Source: Luteolibacter sp. (GTDB lineage: Bacteria > Verrucomicrobiota > Verrucomicrobiia > Verrucomicrobiales > Akkermansiaceae). From it: DNA of 32,000 nucleotides. The position numbers were made by a program, and so were the translations under genes. The stretch covers positions 2,194,353 to 2,226,352 of the forward strand of contig CP121322.1 in NCBI GenBank assembly GCA_043566505.1. The letters run 5' to 3'. The notes under the pieces are model-generated. The model worked only from the letters and a program-made list of their open reading frames with translations, did no database searches and was not told the DNA's origin. This document shows, piece by piece, positions 8,103 to 16,969 of this stretch; position 1 is the first letter of the stretch, and the number at the start of each line of letters is the position of its first letter.

Positions 8103-10487
8103 ATGGAAGATCGTTACGAAATACGCGGTAAAATAGGCCAAGGAGGCATTGGTTCAGTTCACCGGGGATTTGACCACCGGATGAACCGTGAGGTGGCGAT
8201 CAAGAGGATTCTGACGAGCGCTGAGGATGAGACCTTGGAGCAAGAGGCGACCAAGCAGTTGATCCAAGAAGCTGGTGCATTGGCCTCGCTGCAGCATCCG
8301 CACATTGTGACGATTTTCGACGTCGGGGCAGATGAGGATGGTCCATATGTTGTGATGGAGCTCATCAATGGCAAGACACTCGATGAGATCATCGAGGTTG
8401 CCCCAATGACTTTCGAGGATTTCCGAGAGCTTGCGATGCAAACGCAAGAGGCTCTGATTGCAGCGCAAGAGCTCGACTTGATTCACAGTGATCTCAAGCC
8501 GCCTAACATCATGCTGAGCTGGTTGCCGTCAGGCAAGTTCCAGGTGAAGATTGTGGACTTTGGTTTGGCGGTTCTTGCTCAGTCTCAATCGAAGGAAGAG
8601 TTGGAGAGTCTAGAAGCCGTGTTTGGTTCTATTTTCTTCATGCCTCCGGAACAGTTTGAACGCTCACCATTGGATTCAAGGTCTGACCTTTATTCGATTG
8701 GTTGTGTTTACTACCAAGCACTCACGGGCAAATACCCTTTCAATGGTGAGAGCGGCACCGAGGTGATGACCGCTCACTTGCACCACACCGTGAGGCCGAT
8801 TCGTGAGTTGCGTGCGGATATCCCCATTTGGCTTTGCGAGTGGGTAATGTGGTTGATCAACCGATACCCTGAAGATCGTCCTGAAAGTGCTCGAGAAGCA
8901 CTATCAGTTTTTCTTCAAAACGACAAAAAGCCCAACCCAGAAATGAGTCAGGGTGGTGCGCAGACCATGCGGCCTAAGCTGATCATTCCTGGATCAATTC
9001 CATCGGCGGATGGATCGCCGGCAACGGCTACCTCATCGACGCCGACTTCAAGTGCAGATTCTTCCACCCAAGCCGTATCCATCAGTCGTGAGGGTCCGCA
9101 TTCCACTGCGGCTCAATCGGCCAGGGCGCAGCAACCGAAAAAGGATACGACTTCTCCTCAAGCGCTTGGGCCACCGACGGGTTCCAAGCCGAGTGTTCAC
9201 ACCACGGCCAAGCACGTGATGGCAACGCCCACGGCGGCACCGACATCAGGTCCTGCGACGAGTCCGGCCCCGACCGCTGGTGCCCCAACAGGGGGTGCGG
9301 CGACTCAAGAGCCCGACCAAGCAACTGGGCAGGTTGAATTGACCGCGCATGTTCCAGGAATGGATGAAAAGCGTGGGATATCCAAAGGGGTGCTGGTGAT
9401 GATCAGCGTGGTTCTCGTGATCTTGATCGCGGTGGGTGGTGTTGTGCTCAAAAGCCGTATGGAGAAGAACAAGCGCAACGAAATCTACAATCGTTTGATC
9501 GCGAAAGGAACCGCGCAAGGTGCGAGTGAGGTGCCGATGACGGCGGATGAGTTGATGATATTGCTCGATGTTGCGAGCACGATTGGTGAGGTCGAGGATC
9601 GTGAGGGAATTTATCAAACGCTCAAATTGGGCAAGGGGAGCGACGGCACCAATGTTGACGCGACGATTGCTCAGTATGCGACAACCATGGACATGATGCC
9701 CGTGGTTCGTGAAAAGTTGATCGCGGATGTTTTGAAGGAGCGCAATAACACCGAGGTGGTGCCAGTTTTGATTGGTTACGCCAAAAACACGGACAACTCC
9801 GATGGCATTGTGGCTGCATTCAAGGCGATCAAAGATATGGTCAATGACCAGCATGCGGATGTCTTCCTCAAGTTTGTGGCAACGGCGCCCGATGCGAGTG
9901 TGCGCAGTGCGGCGGAGAAAAACTTGTCTCACATCATCAAGTCCAGCACCAATCGGACATATCTAACAAGAAGGGTTACGACCGAATATGCTAATGCCAA
10001 GAATCGTGATTCCCGCCACGCAATGATTCGCTTGTTGGGCCAGTGCAGTACTTCACAGGCCTTGACCACTGTGAAAGATGTGTTGAACGGCAATGATATG
10101 GCAGATCAAATCGCAGCGATCATTGCCTTGGGGAGCTGGGACGATGCAACAGCCATTCCGGTGCTGATGGATTTCCTCAAGGAGACCAACGATGAGAGGA
10201 CCCGTGGCAAGGCAATGAATTCACTCATTCAGTTGCTGAAAAAAATACGTGAGGAAAAACCCAATTGGTCAGATGCGCAAGCCAACTGGAAAGCGTTTTC
10301 TGAGCTCGCAACGACTGGGCCTGAGAAACAATTGACGATTCGAGCGCTGGCCAATTTGGTTGATCCATGGGCAATCACCTTGCTGACTTCATTTACCAAA
10401 GATGGAAACCCTTCGGTTGCCAAGTTGGCGACCGATGCGATTCAGCACGTTCGTGATCAACAAGCGCTGCAGAAAAAAAACAAGTGA
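8103..10487 (+). CDS. Membrane Ser/Thr protein kinase with Pro/Thr/Ser/Ala-rich linker and C-terminal HEAT-like repeat domain
   Basis: Hanks kinase motifs are present: GQGGIGSV, VAIKRI, HSDLKPPN, VDFGLA, FMPPE. A low-complexity region at about 8925-9350 precedes one TM helix (about 9389-9448, VLVMISVVLVILIAVGGVVL). A helical-repeat domain of about 330 aa follows (AIPVLMDFLKE..., RALANLVDPWAITLL...). Confidence 0.9.
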   Translation: MEDRYEIRGKIGQGGIGSVHRGFDHRMNREVAIKRILTSAEDETLEQEATKQLIQEAGALASLQHPHIVTIFDVGADEDGPYVVMELINGKTLDEIIEVAPMTFEDFRELAMQTQEALIAAQELDLIHSDLKPPNIMLSWLPSGKFQVKIVDFGLAVLAQSQSKEELESLEAVFGSIFFMPPEQFERSPLDSRSDLYSIGCVYYQALTGKYPFNGESGTEVMTAHLHHTVRPIRELRADIPIWLCEWVMWLINRYPEDRPESAREALSVFLQNDKKPNPEMSQGGAQTMRPKLIIPGSIPSADGSPATATSSTPTSSADSSTQAVSISREGPHSTAAQSARAQQPKKDTTSPQALGPPTGSKPSVHTTAKHVMATPTAAPTSGPATSPAPTAGAPTGGAATQEPDQATGQVELTAHVPGMDEKRGISKGVLVMISVVLVILIAVGGVVLKSRMEKNKRNEIYNRLIAKGTAQGASEVPMTADELMILLDVASTIGEVEDREGIYQTLKLGKGSDGTNVDATIAQYATTMDMMPVVREKLIADVLKERNNTEVVPVLIGYAKNTDNSDGIVAAFKAIKDMVNDQHADVFLKFVATAPDASVRSAAEKNLSHIIKSSTNRTYLTRRVTTEYANAKNRDSRHAMIRLLGQCSTSQALTTVKDVLNGNDMADQIAAIIALGSWDDATAIPVLMDFLKETNDERTRGKAMNSLIQLLKKIREEKPNWSDAQANWKAFSELATTGPEKQLTIRALANLVDPWAITLLTSFTKDGNPSVAKLATDAIQHVRDQQALQKKNK

Positions 10488-10497
10488 TGCGTTCTAC

Positions 10498-11658
10498 TCA
10501 AGGCGAGTAGACCACCACAGGGCCCACGCCCGGGCCTTGGATGTTTCTCAATTTTGCCACAGCCTTCTTGATGGCGGCAGTAGCTGAGTCTGCATCCTCC
10601 ATGGTGGTGAGTCGGGAGAAGCCGAAGCGCAGACTGCTTTTGGCTTGGGCTTCAGGAATGTTCATCGCCAGCTGGACGTGTGAGGGTTTTTGTTTTCCTG
10701 TCATGCAGGCAGACCCTGCGGAACATTGAATGTTTGCCTCATCGAGAAGGATGAGCATGCCGGCAGCATCGCAGCCAGCAAATGATAGGTGAGCCGTGTT
10801 GGGCAGTCGGTGATCTGGATCGCCGTTCAGTGTCACATCCTGAATTTCTGTGGTGATGATTTTGATAAAGTGGTCGCGAGTTTTGAGCATCTGCGAATGA
10901 ACGTCCGATTCCAGGTAACTTTTTGCAGCAACCGCCGCGGCTCCCATGCCCACAATGGCGGCGGTGTTTTCGGTGCCGCTACGCCTACCGGACTCTTGCC
11001 CTCCACCATGAAGTAGTGGCTGAAACTTCAAGCCTCCACGGGTGTAAAGAGCGCCGATACCCTTGGGCCCGTGGAATTTGTGTGCCGAGAGGGATGCGAG
11101 ATCGAGCGGGATGTCCTTCACGCTGAAGGGAACTTTGCCGACCATCTGCACGATGTCGGAGTGCACGGGAAGGCCCTGTTGTTGGGCGAGTTCACAGACA
11201 TTGGATAAGGGTTGAATGACACCCGTCTCGTTGTTTGCGCCCATGATGGAAATGAAAGCGGCGTTTGTGAGAAGCGGTTGGAAGGCGGCGAGATCGAGTC
11301 GGCCGAGCGGACTCACTGGTGCGAGTGAGCGATCGCGTTTCAGTTGATCGAGAAATCGTAGAACCGCGCTGTGTTCGATTTGTGAGGCGACGGCATGCCC
11401 ATCGCCCGTGAGTCTATCGAGCGAGTGAAGCGCGGTGTTGATGCTTTCCGTTCCACCACTGGTGAAGGTGATTTCTTCGGGTTTCGCATCGATGAGCTCC
11501 GCGACTTGCGCCCGGGCTTCATCGATGGCTTTGCGTGCTCGCTTGGCGGCACTGTAGGAACCTGATGGGTTGGCGTAGCCATCTTGCAGCCAGGGCAACA
11601 TCGCCTCCAACACCTCGGGCAGAAGCCGGGTGGTCGCGTTGGAGTCGAGATCGATCAT
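10498..11658 (-). CDS. Cysteine desulfurase (NifS/IscS family, class V aminotransferase)
   Basis: The N-terminus MIDLDSNATT is typical of this family. The PLP lysine motif SAHKFHGPKG and the active-site Cys loop SAGSAC are present. The ORF is open to 11694, but the conserved N-terminus favours the ATG at 11658. Confidence 0.9.
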   Translation of the reverse strand: MIDLDSNATTRLLPEVLEAMLPWLQDGYANPSGSYSAAKRARKAIDEARAQVAELIDAKPEEITFTSGGTESINTALHSLDRLTGDGHAVASQIEHSAVLRFLDQLKRDRSLAPVSPLGRLDLAAFQPLLTNAAFISIMGANNETGVIQPLSNVCELAQQQGLPVHSDIVQMVGKVPFSVKDIPLDLASLSAHKFHGPKGIGALYTRGGLKFQPLLHGGGQESGRRSGTENTAAIVGMGAAAVAAKSYLESDVHSQMLKTRDHFIKIITTEIQDVTLNGDPDHRLPNTAHLSFAGCDAAGMLILLDEANIQCSAGSACMTGKQKPSHVQLAMNIPEAQAKSSLRFGFSRLTTMEDADSATAAIKKAVAKLRNIQGPGVGPVVVYSP

Positions 11659-11718
11659 GATGCAGGAGCATTTCCCAATCGTGTCAGTTGGCAATGCGAA
11701 AACCCTAAAATTGAGGGC

Positions 11719-12651
11719 TTATAGCTGGAGCACGAGTCTTAATTCGTCGATGGCGCGTGTGGCCCATCGGATGGCGACGTCTGATGTGATGGCTGCATTT
11801 TTGAGCCATTCCATGCCGAAATCTCTAGCATATGCCAGCGGAGCATCTTCTGCCGCGCAGAGCAGTGCGACGAGCACCAGAAGGTTGGCGATGTAGATCA
11901 CAGCAAGGGAGAGGAAAGTGCCGTTTTCTTTGAGGTCGGGTTGATCGCGTGGGATCATCCAGAGTGTCCAAATCATGTGGAAGGTCCATGTGATGCCCAT
12001 GACACCGTAGAAGGTGAGCTGGCCAGATTGAGGGATGTTGTAGAAGAGATTGGTGACGGCGTAGATGACGGCGCAGACAGCGGACCAAAATGGTACGAAG
12101 TAGGGCGAGAGAGCGATGAGCAGATTGGTCTTGTTGGTTTTGATGTAGCCACCATCGGCGCTGACATAAAATCCTGAGACTTTGCCGCGGCAGAGCCAGA
12201 CAAAGACCACGTGGGTGAGTTCGTGGCCGAGCACGTAGAGGTAGAGGAAGAATGGTTGGAGCAGGCCCGACCAGAACCAGCCGATCATGAGGATGCAGCC
12301 TGTGGCGAAATACCAGAATGCGGGTGTTTGCCAGAAGCCTTGTTCGATGGTGGCGTGAGAGAAACGCGAAAGGAGGGTCCATGTGGTCACTCCGCCGATG
12401 GGGAGCAGCACAAGGCCGAGTGCCCAGCGGAACAATCGCTTGAGGATGCTCACCTCGTCGAACTCATCCGCGATGTCCGTGGCTGCGATGGCGGCTTGGA
12501 CAGATTTCATTTTGCGCCTGCCGCTGCGGCGGTTGGCTTTCTCATGGGCGCGTCGGTTGGCCGAGGTGACGGCGCCTTTCAGGGACATGCGGTTACTCCG
12601 CTGATGGTTCAGCGTGCGCTTTTTCCGGGGGTTGGCTCGGCGCTTGGGCAT
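11719..12651 (-). CDS. Multi-pass membrane protein with HExxH motif (putative zinc metallopeptidase, DUF3267/M50B-like) and a highly basic N-terminal tail
   Basis: The 310-aa protein starts with about 50 aa very rich in R/K (MPKRRANPRKKRTLNHQRSNR...). Hydrophobic helices follow, and HELTH lies in LGHELTHVVF at a membrane boundary. Confidence 0.55.
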   Translation of the reverse strand: MPKRRANPRKKRTLNHQRSNRMSLKGAVTSANRRAHEKANRRSGRRKMKSVQAAIAATDIADEFDEVSILKRLFRWALGLVLLPIGGVTTWTLLSRFSHATIEQGFWQTPAFWYFATGCILMIGWFWSGLLQPFFLYLYVLGHELTHVVFVWLCRGKVSGFYVSADGGYIKTNKTNLLIALSPYFVPFWSAVCAVIYAVTNLFYNIPQSGQLTFYGVMGITWTFHMIWTLWMIPRDQPDLKENGTFLSLAVIYIANLLVLVALLCAAEDAPLAYARDFGMEWLKNAAITSDVAIRWATRAIDELRLVLQL

Positions 12652-12768
12652 ATTTCGGATGAGTTTTTATTTCGGAAATCTTAATAGTTCAAGGCGTAAC
12701 CCAATCTGAATTTGGGTGGGCTTTGCCAGGGTGGCCGGATCAACGTGATCTGGGGCGTAGGAGAAAAA

Positions 12769-12839
12769 TAGCCTCACTAGGGCTCGAACCTAGAATGACG
12801 GAATCAAAATCCGTAGTGTTACCATTACACCATGAGGCT
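12769..12839 (-). tRNA. tRNA-Gln: tRNA-Gln (anticodon UUG); 3' CCA not encoded
   Basis: The reverse complement folds as a cloverleaf: acceptor AGCCTCA/TGAGGCT, D arm GTGT-AATGGTA-ACAC, anticodon arm ACGGA-TTTTGAT-TCCGT (anticodon TTG), T arm CTAGG-TTCGAGC-CCTAG, discriminator A. It is followed by TTTTT rather than CCA. A CCA-adding enzyme gene lies in the same window. Confidence 0.9.
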
Positions 12840-12984
12840 TTTTTGAGGGCGATTTGCCCTGCGGCGGGCGGAAACTAAACCGCTGGCCTGCAGTTTGGCA
12901 ACATGGAAAATGGATGAATTTGAGAGTCATTTTTTCAATTTCGGCATGTGCAAATGCCGTGGCATGGGTAGTTTCCCAACGTTC

Positions 12985-14061
12985 ATGCCTGCTAAAATTC
13001 GATTTGTCTCCTCCTACGCTACCGGCTTGGTTCTCGCCAAAGTCGGCCACCCGCAACGCAATGAACCTCTGCAAACCTCAAAAGAGGTGTTTTTGGTAAG
13101 CGATGAGGATCAGGAAAAGCTGACTCCTTTGTTCCTAAAGCCGTTCAAAAACCTGACGGGTCATCGGTTTCGTCACCATGCGAGTTTGGATCAGCATGAG
13201 ATGCATGCGAATTGCTCGACGATTTTTGCGTCGGAAGAAGGACTGCTGGAGAAAGGCTGTGATATTGCCAAGCGGCTCTATGCAAAATCGAATCATCCGA
13301 ACATCAAATCGGGCGATCTGTGCATTGCCTTGATCAAAGACATTGAGATCGATGGCGAGCGCGTTAGCGGATTGTGCATTCTCAAGTCTGAGAGTGTGGT
13401 GCCGTTTTTGAGCATTTCGACCAAGGATGGTGACTTGGAGTTGCACACGGAGGAGGGCATCAATCCGGAGCGCATCGATAAAGGGTGTTTGGTGATCAAC
13501 CACCAAGCCAGCAAGGGGTATCATATATTGACCTTCGATCGATCGGGAGGCGAATCGCGGTTTTGGGTGAGGGATTTCTTGGGAGTTGTGCCGATAACGG
13601 ACAGTCCGTTTTTGACCAACCAGTTTGCGGACATGGCGGTTTCCTTCATGGAAGGCGAATCGCCGAAAGGAGAGCCGAGTGATGACTCACCACCCTGGGC
13701 AGACCGCAAGGCGGTGAGCGATGCGGTGGGATACTTTGAGGAGCGGGATCATTTCAGCCTGCAAGAGTTTGAGGAGCGCGTCTTGAAGACTCCAGAAGCG
13801 AGGGAGAAGTTTGCGCAGCATCGTGCCAAGGTGGAGGAGGAGACGGGACGCAAGTTTGAAGATGAATTTGAGATCTCGAAAAAAGACCTCGGTAAGGCGA
13901 AGAAACGGCTGTCTTCGGTGATGAAGCTGAATACCGGCGTGGAGATCAAACTGAAGCCAAGTGTGGCGCAAGATCCGAGTGCGGTATTGGAGCACGGTTA
14001 TGACGAAGCGAAGAAAATGAAGTTTGTGAAAGTTTTCCACGACGAAGATCTGGCCAAATGA
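12985..14061 (+). CDS. Nucleoid-associated protein, NdpA/YejK-like
   Basis: The N-terminal LVLAKVG, GDLCIALIKDIEIDGERVSGLCILKSE and FWVRDFLG resemble the 37-kDa nucleoid-associated protein family. The C-terminus is acidic and helical. The ORF is open from 12895, and the ATG at 12985 gives the family-typical N-terminus. Confidence 0.6.
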   Translation: MPAKIRFVSSYATGLVLAKVGHPQRNEPLQTSKEVFLVSDEDQEKLTPLFLKPFKNLTGHRFRHHASLDQHEMHANCSTIFASEEGLLEKGCDIAKRLYAKSNHPNIKSGDLCIALIKDIEIDGERVSGLCILKSESVVPFLSISTKDGDLELHTEEGINPERIDKGCLVINHQASKGYHILTFDRSGGESRFWVRDFLGVVPITDSPFLTNQFADMAVSFMEGESPKGEPSDDSPPWADRKAVSDAVGYFEERDHFSLQEFEERVLKTPEAREKFAQHRAKVEEETGRKFEDEFEISKKDLGKAKKRLSSVMKLNTGVEIKLKPSVAQDPSAVLEHGYDEAKKMKFVKVFHDEDLAK

Positions 14062-14102
14062 CTAAGGGTTTGTAGCTGCAATCAGGGTGCGGCTGCGATT
14101 GA

Positions 14103-15458
14103 ATGATGTCTATGTTGAAGGCAATTAGGAATTTTATCGTGCTGCCGCTTGGGCTGGCTTTGGGGTTGTTGGTGGGATGCCTTGCGGAGCCGAGTAAGCC
14201 AAACATCGTATTATTCGTTGGCGACGATCACAGCGTTTGGGATGTTGGCTGTTATGGGAACAAGGTGATCAAGACTCCGAATTTGGATCTGCTAGCGAGT
14301 CAGGGGATGAGGTTTGATCGGGCGTTTACCATCACGGCGATGTGTGCGCCGGCGCGCAGCATGCTCTACACAGGTTTGGGGCCTGTGAGGAATGGCTGCT
14401 ACATGAACCACGGAAAAACCCATGCTCACATAAAATCGTTGCCGCATTATCTCAAACCATTGGGATATCGCGTGGTTTTGGCAGGTAAGACTCACATTAA
14501 GCCGAAGTCCGTCTATCCATTTGAATACGTGGCTCAGCGAGAAGCCTATGGAGTCATCCAAGGGGATGAGCCGTTTTGTTTGATCGTTGCATCGAACGAA
14601 CCCCACACGCCACATACCGGCCGCGATTACCCCTTGGATGATATGACAGTGCCTCCGTATTTGCCCGACTTGAAGTCGGCCAAAGTGGGGATCTCCGCTT
14701 ATTACACCGACATCGACAAGCTCGACCGAGAGATTGGCGGAGTCATGGCGATGTTGAAAAGCTCAGGGATAGAAAAGAACACTCTATTCGTTTACGCGGG
14801 CGACCACGGCTACGGCTTGATGGCCAAGTGGACGTGTTACGAGACGGGGTTAAGAGTGCCATTCATTGTACGCTGGCCGGGCATGGTGAAGGCGGGTTCA
14901 TCCACCGATGCGATGGTAAGTTTTGTCGATGTGCTTCCAACATTTCTCGAGGCCGCAGGAGCGGAACCCGCCAAGGATATTGATGGCAAAAGCTTCATCG
15001 GAGTCCTCAGTGGCGAGAAAAAAACGCACCGTGACAGGATCTATGGGTTGCACACGAATCAAGGCATCATTTACGGCCAAGACTATCCTGTCCGATCGGT
15101 GCGTGACAATCGTTTCAAATACATCCGCAACCTCAATCCCGACGGGCGCCCCACCAATGTCTCGACCTGCGACAGCAAAGATCAGGAAAAGACTACGGGT
15201 CTCTGGGGTGAGTGGAGAGAGGCGGCAAAGACGGACGAGAAAGTCGCGAAGTTGCTAAAGCGGGTGATGGATCGTCCTGCCGAAGAGCTCTACGACTTGG
15301 AAGCGGATCCATGGGAGCTCAACAACCTTGCGAAGCATCCAGATCACGCGAAGACAAAAGCTCGCCTGAGAAGAGAGCTTGATCAATGGATGAAGCAGCA
15401 GGGTGATCAGGGGATGGCATCGGAACTCAAAGTAGAGCTCCATAAAACCATGAGGTGA
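14103..15458 (+). CDS. Sulfatase (Cys-type, formylglycine-dependent), probable lipoprotein
   Basis: It has a lipobox LLVGC, the metal-site VGDDHS, the CxPxR signature CAPARS, and GDHG. The length of 451 aa is typical of arylsulfatase-A-family enzymes. Confidence 0.9.
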   Translation: MMSMLKAIRNFIVLPLGLALGLLVGCLAEPSKPNIVLFVGDDHSVWDVGCYGNKVIKTPNLDLLASQGMRFDRAFTITAMCAPARSMLYTGLGPVRNGCYMNHGKTHAHIKSLPHYLKPLGYRVVLAGKTHIKPKSVYPFEYVAQREAYGVIQGDEPFCLIVASNEPHTPHTGRDYPLDDMTVPPYLPDLKSAKVGISAYYTDIDKLDREIGGVMAMLKSSGIEKNTLFVYAGDHGYGLMAKWTCYETGLRVPFIVRWPGMVKAGSSTDAMVSFVDVLPTFLEAAGAEPAKDIDGKSFIGVLSGEKKTHRDRIYGLHTNQGIIYGQDYPVRSVRDNRFKYIRNLNPDGRPTNVSTCDSKDQEKTTGLWGEWREAAKTDEKVAKLLKRVMDRPAEELYDLEADPWELNNLAKHPDHAKTKARLRRELDQWMKQQGDQGMASELKVELHKTMR

Positions 15459-15467
15459 TCGTGAGTT

Positions 15468-16679
15468 CTATTTTGGAACTTCAATCGTAAACTTGGTCTC
15501 TTCGCCAGGAACAGAACTCACGTTGATCGTTCCGCCATGGGCTTCAATCGCTCTTTTCACAATGGATAGGCCGAGGCCCGTGCCTTTGATTTCCTGTTGC
15601 GAGTGTTGTTTGTCCACCCGGTAAAACCGCCTGAAGATATGTTCCAGATCGGCGCTGGGGATGCCGACACCATCATCTTTGACCCAGATGCGGTGGTGGT
15701 TCTCTGTGTCTTCAGCGCCCACTTCCATTTTCAAACCTTTGCGTGGATTTTGTTTGAGCGCGTTTTCCACCAAGTTGAATAGCACTTGGGCCCAATAGAA
15801 GCGGTCGCCGTGGATTGTGATGTCACCTTTTGGTATGGTGATTTGAACATCCGCTTCTTGATTCCGAATCATCGACTCCAGGCGTTCGAGGATGTCGTTG
15901 ATGCATTCCCTGAGACTAAAGTCATCAAGCGTCAGGCCGCTCTCCTTGCTGGATTCGAGTCGAGAAATCAGCAGCATTTCTTCGACGATGCGCGAGATGC
16001 GGTCGGAGTGTTTGCGCATGATGCCAAGGAATCGTCGGCTCATCTCTGTGTCCTCTAACATTCCGTCATCGAGCAAGTTCTCGAGGTAGCCACTGATGAT
16101 GGCCATCGGGGTTCGAAGTTCGTGAGAGGCGTTGGCAACAAAGTCTTTGCGGATTTGCTCGGTTTGGTGTGCATGAGTGATGTCACGCATCACGATCCGA
16201 GTGGCGGGAGAGAGACCCTCTTGCGAGATCATGGGTGAGGAGTCGATCACCCATGTCTGATAGGTCTTGGAAACATCCTCATCATTGGATGAACTTTTGA
16301 TGGGGAAGGTGGCCTGAGTCTGATGAGGGCCGCCAGCGCGCAAGCAATCGTTGAGAGCTTCGGTGAGGCGTGTATCGAGGAACGTTTCACGTATGGGCCG
16401 CCCTGACAGTTTCTTGGTGTTGAAAAAGCGATTGGCAGCAACATTCGCATAGCTGATCAATTCGGCATCATCGATAATCAGGAAGACGTCACTGAGGGCA
16501 TCGAGGAGATTGTCGCGTTCGTTGCCTGCGCGTTGGAGTTCGTGCTTCAGGTGCTGCTCCATTTTGGAGAGCTTCTCTTCATATTCAACCCTCGCACGAT
16601 AAGCGCGAATGGCAATGATGGCGATGCCGATCAAAGCCGTAACGGCGATGACAGTGGCAAGTATGTTGTAGTCGATCAT
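15468..16679 (-). CDS. Sensor histidine kinase, PhoR-like (TM, coiled coil, PAS, HisKA, HATPase_c)
   Basis: H-box SHELRTPM, N-box LFNLVENALK, G1 DDGVGI and G2 GTGLGLSI are present, with a single N-terminal TM. Its start overlaps the upstream stop (ATGA at 16676-16679). Confidence 0.9.
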   Translation of the reverse strand: MIDYNILATVIAVTALIGIAIIAIRAYRARVEYEEKLSKMEQHLKHELQRAGNERDNLLDALSDVFLIIDDAELISYANVAANRFFNTKKLSGRPIRETFLDTRLTEALNDCLRAGGPHQTQATFPIKSSSNDEDVSKTYQTWVIDSSPMISQEGLSPATRIVMRDITHAHQTEQIRKDFVANASHELRTPMAIISGYLENLLDDGMLEDTEMSRRFLGIMRKHSDRISRIVEEMLLISRLESSKESGLTLDDFSLRECINDILERLESMIRNQEADVQITIPKGDITIHGDRFYWAQVLFNLVENALKQNPRKGLKMEVGAEDTENHHRIWVKDDGVGIPSADLEHIFRRFYRVDKQHSQQEIKGTGLGLSIVKRAIEAHGGTINVSSVPGEETKFTIEVPK

Positions 16680-16969
16680 TCGCGGTTCTTGGCCACAAGG
16701 TAGCCGATACCGCGAACAGTCTCAATCCATGATCCATGATCTCCGAGTTTTTGTCGGAGGCGCTTCATGTGCGTATCCAGCGTGCGGCTGTGAGCGGAGT
16801 CGCTGTAACCCCAGACGGTGCGAAGCAGATCGTTGCGATCTTGGGGTTTCCCGGCGCGCTCGCAGAGGTAGAGGAGCAATTTGAACTCGGTGGAGGTGAG
16901 CTCGACCGGTTCGTTATCGAGATAGAACTTCACCGATGTTTTATCGAAGCGAAATGGACCGTGCGTCAT
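16676..16969 (-). CDS. Stand-alone OmpR/PhoB-type winged-helix DNA-binding domain protein (no receiver domain)
   Basis: The 97-aa protein aligns by eye with the PhoB effector domain only: FRFD...EPVELTSTEFKLLLYL...LLRTVWGY...RTLDTHMKRLRQKL...IETVRGIGY. Both ends have ATGA overlaps. Confidence 0.8.
   Translation of the reverse strand: MTHGPFRFDKTSVKFYLDNEPVELTSTEFKLLLYLCERAGKPQDRNDLLRTVWGYSDSAHSRTLDTHMKRLRQKLGDHGSWIETVRGIGYLVAKNRE

Noticed and set aside
9246-9932. 228-aa minus-strand ORF inside the Ser/Thr kinase gene
   Set aside because: It is antisense to the kinase linker and repeat region and has an Arg/His-rich, non-protein-like composition. This is a shadow ORF.
10493-10511. Hairpin TCTACTC-AAGGC-GAGTAGA at the kinase/desulfurase junction, considered as a terminator
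   Set aside because: The stem is short and AT-rich and overlaps the desulfurase stop codon. No U-run immediately follows on either strand; the T8 on the minus strand is 12 nt away.
12652-12990. tRNA-Gln as a possible integration site for a genomic island (NdpA-like and sulfatase genes on one side)
   Set aside because: There is no integrase or recombinase. I could not find a direct repeat of the tRNA 3' end anywhere in the window. The flanking genes show no obvious compositional break by eye.
12790-13074. 94-aa minus-strand ORF
   Set aside because: It overlaps the tRNA-Gln gene and the NdpA-like gene's 5' region. The tRNA cloverleaf explains the sequence.
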